This document shows positions 60,028-64,000 of a stretch of DNA of 64,000 bases, one piece after another; the first letter of the stretch is position 1, and the number at the start of each line of letters is the position of its first letter. The notes below the pieces were generated by a model. It had not been told where the DNA came from, made no database searches, and saw nothing but the letters and a program-made list of their open reading frames with translations. Both the position numbers and the translations under genes were made by a program. The stretch comes from Candidatus Bathyarchaeota archaeon (GTDB taxonomy: Archaea > Thermoproteota > Bathyarchaeia > Bathyarchaeales > Bathycorpusculaceae), in assembly GCA_963833575.1 (NCBI GenBank), contig CAWHXY010000007.1:160001-224000 (forward strand). Direction: 5' to 3'.

Positions 60028-60186
60028 TTGACGACTAAAAATTTGCTTTGCGGATGTGTCTACGAAGAGAACGAATGGATGCTTGTCCGTATAAAAGAAT
60101 CCGAAAAGCACCATAAAGAGCGAACTAAAAAAGTTGAATATCGGCCAAAATCAGAATGCTGCAGAAACGATACAAGAGGCGAATAA
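60028..60186 (+). CDS. Possible 52-aa Cys-containing protein
   Basis: TTG start with GAGGG RBS; MTTKNLLCGCVYEE...SECCRNDTRGE. Confidence 0.35.
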   Translation: MTTKNLLCGCVYEENEWMLVRIKESEKHHKERTKKVEYRPKSECCRNDTRGE

Positions 60187-60296
60187 AGTCATACGCCAAA
60201 GGGCGCTATCCTCAACAGATAAGCTTTATAACAAGTTCCACATCAATCAAGCTGCAACGAAGTTGCAAAGTAATTAAACAGGAAGTGAAAATAGAA

Positions 60297-60440
60297 ATGT
60301 CATATGGAAACAAAGAGATGCATAAGGCAACCTGTGCTGACTGCGGAAAAGAATGCGATGTTCCTTTCAAGCCAGACGGTACAAGGCCAGTTTATTGCCG
60401 AGAATGCTACAGCAAACGCAGACCACCAAGAAGATATTAA
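60297..60440 (+). CDS. CxxC-x17-CxxC domain protein
   Basis: MHKATCADCGKECDVPFKPDGTRPVYCRECY; ATG 60297. Confidence 0.9.
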   Translation: MSYGNKEMHKATCADCGKECDVPFKPDGTRPVYCRECYSKRRPPRRY

Positions 60441-60645
60441 GCTTTTAAGCTAACATCTTTACTTGTTTAACAATATTCTTTTTCTTTTTTATTTATTCTG
60501 TTTTGAACCAGAAATATTATCTCTGTAATTATTCTATAGTAAAATAAAGTCAAGTCCTTTGTATTATTAAGATATCATTTAATAACCGAAGCACATTTTT
60601 TTCAAATGGTCACCCGAATTAGAAAATTTTTGCTGAAAATCTAAG

Positions 60646-60960
60646 CTATTTCGTTTGGTACTTTGCTCGTTTGGATTCTCTTATCCAAAATTGCGGATCA
60701 TCGACCCTAATAATCTGTACTTCAACAACATTTCGCGGATCAGTTATTACTACTCGAAATTTAGGAGATAAATCAGGCTTGCTCAAAAACTCCACTCTTG
60801 ACGTTTCCAACTCTTCCGCGATACGTTCACACTTTTTGTTGGCGTATCCATGGTACTTTACGCTTTTTCCTGATAAAATGGCTTTGTCAAAATCGCCTTT
60901 GCTGCATTGAACTAGTTTTTCGCCGTCTCGAATGAACCAGAATGGAGATATCTTGGGCAT
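60646..60960 (-). CDS. Hypothetical protein
   Basis: 104-aa ATG-initiated ORF. Confidence 0.55.
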   Translation of the reverse strand: MPKISPFWFIRDGEKLVQCSKGDFDKAILSGKSVKYHGYANKKCERIAEELETSRVEFLSKPDLSPKFRVVITDPRNVVEVQIIRVDDPQFWIRESKRAKYQTK

Positions 60961-61203
60961 TACAATCGGGCAATAGGGTTAATTGATCGTTAATTAACAT
61001 TGTCGTGCTTAGTTCGGAATTGTGCCTCAGATACCGATTTATTTTTTTTCCAGTCAACTTGGAGGAACAGAGTAACTGAAGCTCCAATATTTTCGTGCAA
61101 TTCTCTTCATTGGCACAACAATAATTTCTTATCGTTAAGAAATAGATTATTTAATAAAATAAAAACTATGAGGGAGGAGCAAAGAACCTTAGGTTTTATG
61201 TTC

Positions 61204-61296
61204 CTAAGACGTTTGTGTTTTACTCTGCTTTTCCTTTTTTGCTTTTCTTTTTGCGTCTCTTTCTTTCTTAGTTAATGGTTTTTCTTTTTTCGGCAT
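61204..61296 (-). CDS. 30-aa lysine-rich microprotein
   Basis: MPKKEKPLTKKERDAKRKAKKEKQSKTQTS; GGAG RBS; downstream of tfs. Confidence 0.5.
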   Translation of the reverse strand: MPKKEKPLTKKERDAKRKAKKEKQSKTQTS

Positions 61297-61365
61297 TCGG
61301 GATTTACTCCGAGTGTAACTTTATAGCTATCTATGCTTTAATAACTTTCGAAAAAAACAATCAAG

Positions 61366-61707
61366 TTATGTGTATTCTCTAAAGGTGTGGCCACATTTTG
61401 TGCAGCGCATAAACTGAGTCGATGCTTCATCGCCGCCTCGAGTCTGCACTTGCCATACATAAACCATGTTGTTTTCACATTTCTCGCATTTCATGCGGAT
61501 TGTAGGCATTGTCTTGATTTTTTGTTCTTCCTCGCTAATAACCGTCATGAACGGTTGAGCGTTAGGCTGAATGACCTTGACTATCGTTGCCTGTGCCCGA
61601 CTGTTTTTAGGCTGTTTAATATAACTGCATTTCGTGCAAGCAAGTACTACTCCGTCTTGAGCTTTTTTAGGTTCAAGCCGACAACCGCAATCCGGGCAAA
61701 ACTCCAT
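61366..61707 (-). CDS. tfs: Transcription factor S (TFS/RpoM)
   Basis: FCPDCG...CTKC; CEKC...WQVQTRGGDE..T.F..CTKCG. Confidence 0.93.
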   Translation of the reverse strand: MEFCPDCGCRLEPKKAQDGVVLACTKCSYIKQPKNSRAQATIVKVIQPNAQPFMTVISEEEQKIKTMPTIRMKCEKCENNMVYVWQVQTRGGDEASTQFMRCTKCGHTFREYT

Positions 61708-61867
61708 AAGTCTAGAAAACTCCTCTGATAATGTCTGTCAAATTAATCAGATTATAGATATAAGCATTCTTTTAATATCAATGAAAATTCGGGCAAGAAA
61801 CGAACTTCTGCCTAAATAAAAGGGCAAACTAAATACGGTAGCCTTTCTTTGAGCAAGGGGATGAAAA

Positions 61868-62518
61868 ATGGGTGCTGAAAACCAACCCCTAAGCGAATGG
61901 CAAACAATTGACCACGCACTTGCGTACCTCGCAAGAGCAGATAAACTTCCACACAGAACAGAAGGTGAAAAGGCGTTGCTCGACCAAATCCCGCAAAACA
62001 TAAAACGCGTTCTTGATTTAGGAACAGGAGACGGAAGACTACTAGCACTCGTTAAAGTAAACAGGCCAAATGTTGAAGGGGTTGCACTCGATTTTTCGGA
62101 GCCTATGATTGAACAAGCTAAAAAACGCTTCGGAAAAGACAAACATGTAACCATTGTCAAACATGATTTTGCTTCTCCATTGCTGTCCAATCAACTTGGT
62201 CGTTTTGACGCTGTTATCTCAAGTTTAGCTATTCATCATTTGAATCATCCAAGAAAAAAACAACTATACAAAGAAATATTCGACCTGTTAAATCCAAAAG
62301 GCATATTCTGCAATCTAGAACATGTTTCGTCTCCAACATGGAATGTGCATCTCAAGTTTCTATCTGCAACTGGCTTTACTCTAAAGACAGAAGACCCGTC
62401 AAACAAGCTTTTAGATGTTGAAACACAACTACAGTGGCTAAGAGAAATAGGATTTACAGACGTAGACTGCTACTGGAAATGGCTAGAAATAGCGCTAATT
62501 GCCGGCTTTAAACCCTAA
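61868..62518 (+). CDS. Class I SAM-dependent methyltransferase
   Basis: [27 protein letters not shown]. Confidence 0.93.
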   Translation: MGAENQPLSEWQTIDHALAYLARADKLPHRTEGEKALLDQIPQNIKRVLDLGTGDGRLLALVKVNRPNVEGVALDFSEPMIEQAKKRFGKDKHVTIVKHDFASPLLSNQLGRFDAVISSLAIHHLNHPRKKQLYKEIFDLLNPKGIFCNLEHVSSPTWNVHLKFLSATGFTLKTEDPSNKLLDVETQLQWLREIGFTDVDCYWKWLEIALIAGFKP

Positions 62519-62606
62519 AATCTCTCTTTTGTCTTAACGCTTAATTGCTTGAATAGAAAACGATAATAAGCACTAAAACAAGAAGTTACTGAGGGTTTTT
62601 AAAAAA

Positions 62607-63143
62607 ATGACAAATAGCAGTAGTAGTGGACAAACTAGTGGACAACTTGACTTATCTCTTTGGCTAATACGGTTAATTGCTTACATCATTGACGGCATCA
62701 TAATCTTTGTAGTAACAGTCATACTAGGTATTATAGCGGCAATAGCATTGGTCACAACGGGTTCCCTGTTTCTCTTCGGTGGACTTTGGATTACTTTTGG
62801 ACTTTTTGGCTTGCTTTCAATACTATACTTTATCGTATTAGACGTTGTTTGGGGTGCTACAATAGGCAAAAGAGTCATGGGTTTACAAGTTCAAACAGTA
62901 CAAGGCGCCAGAATAGATTTTGTAAAATCAATTATCCGCAACATCAGCAAGATTAACCCGCTTTTAGTGTTTCTTGACTGGTTGATAGCAATTGTGACAG
63001 CAGGACCTGACAAACGTCAAAAATTAACCGATCGCTGGGCAGGAACTACAGTTGCTCAAGCAGGAAAATCACCAATCACCTTTAATGAACCGGCACCTTC
63101 GTCACCGCCTCCAGCTTCAACACCGCCTCCGACAGCAACCTAA
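62607..63143 (+). CDS. RDD-family membrane protein
   Basis: R.IAY.ID, G.TIGK..MGL.V, IRN, Q...D..AGT.V. Confidence 0.92.
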   Translation: MTNSSSSGQTSGQLDLSLWLIRLIAYIIDGIIIFVVTVILGIIAAIALVTTGSLFLFGGLWITFGLFGLLSILYFIVLDVVWGATIGKRVMGLQVQTVQGARIDFVKSIIRNISKINPLLVFLDWLIAIVTAGPDKRQKLTDRWAGTTVAQAGKSPITFNEPAPSSPPPASTPPPTAT

Positions 63144-63233
63144 AAAACAAAATCCTTTTTTCTTTTTTTATGAAGCGTTTTTTTATGAACGATAAAAAAG
63201 AAAATAAAATATTTAACTCTGATAGCGCTCAGC

Positions 63234-63566
63234 TTATGGAACTTTAAACTCTTTCAACCAAACATTAAGTTGTTCTTCTTTTAAGCCTGCTCCAAATCTT
63301 CCATCAAGCCGCTTACTAACAATACCATTTTCAAAAAATAAAACAGTTGGCACAGCATCAATTTCGTAGTCATCCCATAGTGGGTTATCGTAGTCGTCGA
63401 GGAGCACGTGAATGACGTTTCCATTGTTGAAATCGCGTATTTTTTCGTCGAAAACTGGAACAAAACGCATACAGTATGGGCACCATGAAGCGTAAAATAG
63501 GACTAGAACCTTTTCGGTTTTGTATAATATGGCATTTAGATCTTGGCTATTTTCAACTTCTATCAT
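63234..63566 (-). CDS. Thioredoxin-family protein
   Basis: FYASWCPYC, I..VPT...F..G. Confidence 0.92.
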   Translation of the reverse strand: MIEVENSQDLNAILYKTEKVLVLFYASWCPYCMRFVPVFDEKIRDFNNGNVIHVLLDDYDNPLWDDYEIDAVPTVLFFENGIVSKRLDGRFGAGLKEEQLNVWLKEFKVP

Positions 63567-63685
63567 GTATTATCAGGTTAATTCTGTTTTTCGCTTTCAT
63601 AAACATGCCGTTCTTAAACAATTTTTATGGAAATTGATGCGAAGCATAAATACTGTAAATCACTAATTCAGTAAATGAAGGTAAC

Positions 63686-64000
63686 ATGTCGCGGAAATCT
63701 TACAAACGCGGGTATCCTGTTGCGGTTCTCGTCGGAATAGAGCAAAATCATGCAGCGCTATGGCAAGTTTTCAGCCATGTTGCTAAACATCAACAAAATA
63801 TTTCTTTAAACCGTGACAGAAGCGACTCCAAAGTGCTCTATAACTTTCATGAATCCATCATAAACGCATTAAGGCCAATACTGAAAGAAGGAATAAGGAG
63901 TATAATAGTTGCTTCTCCACCAAAAACCGATTATTCACAACAGTTCCTAAATCACATCAAAGGCCATCATAATTGGTTAAATCAAGGATCCAGTAAAGCA
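63686..64000 (+). CDS. Partial gene, possibly eRF1/pelota middle-domain-like
   Basis: Open to window end: MSRKSYKRGYPVAVLVGIE...LYNFHESIINAL...SIIVASP...FLNHI. Confidence 0.6.
   Translation, partial: MSRKSYKRGYPVAVLVGIEQNHAALWQVFSHVAKHQQNISLNRDRSDSKVLYNFHESIINALRPILKEGIRSIIVASPPKTDYSQQFLNHIKGHHNWLNQGSSKA

Noticed and set aside
403-63463. Many antisense or nested ORFs in the six-frame track
   Set aside because: Shadows of well-supported genes on the opposite strand or frame

Overview
Archaeal chromosomal DNA, most likely Bathyarchaeia (TACK). This is inferred from TBP, TFS, pelota, a CdvB/ESCRT-III gene, an archaeal RNase P RNA and a complex-I-like [NiFe]-hydrogenase. The left ~30 kb is mostly accessory. 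It contains a decayed tRNA-Val-linked integrative element with an incomplete arsenic module (PadR-type regulator, ArsA, a stop-interrupted ArsD-like gene, two ArsC, a ferredoxin and a truncated tyrosine integrase). It also contains a DUF2400/T7-endonuclease-I-like fusion next to HExxH and JAB protease genes, an orphan soluble chemoreceptor-CheW pair divergent from an acetate channel, glycosyltransferases, several wHTH regulators with a MinD ATPase, and several pseudogenes. The right ~33 kb is largely core: a nuoA-B-CD-H-I-J-K-L-M-N-ordered group 4 [NiFe]-hydrogenase (Hfo-like), CdvB, proBA, hppA, pelota, tbp, a tRNA thiolase, adenylate kinase, rnpB, alaX, tfs and many tiny genes. Non-coding highlights are a 3-4 hairpin array between hppA and pelota, a 17.5-copy octamer repeat grown from the proA stop codon, a 10-bp-phased repeat and two dyad-symmetric divergent promoters. 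All assignments come from reading motifs by eye; no database searches were run.
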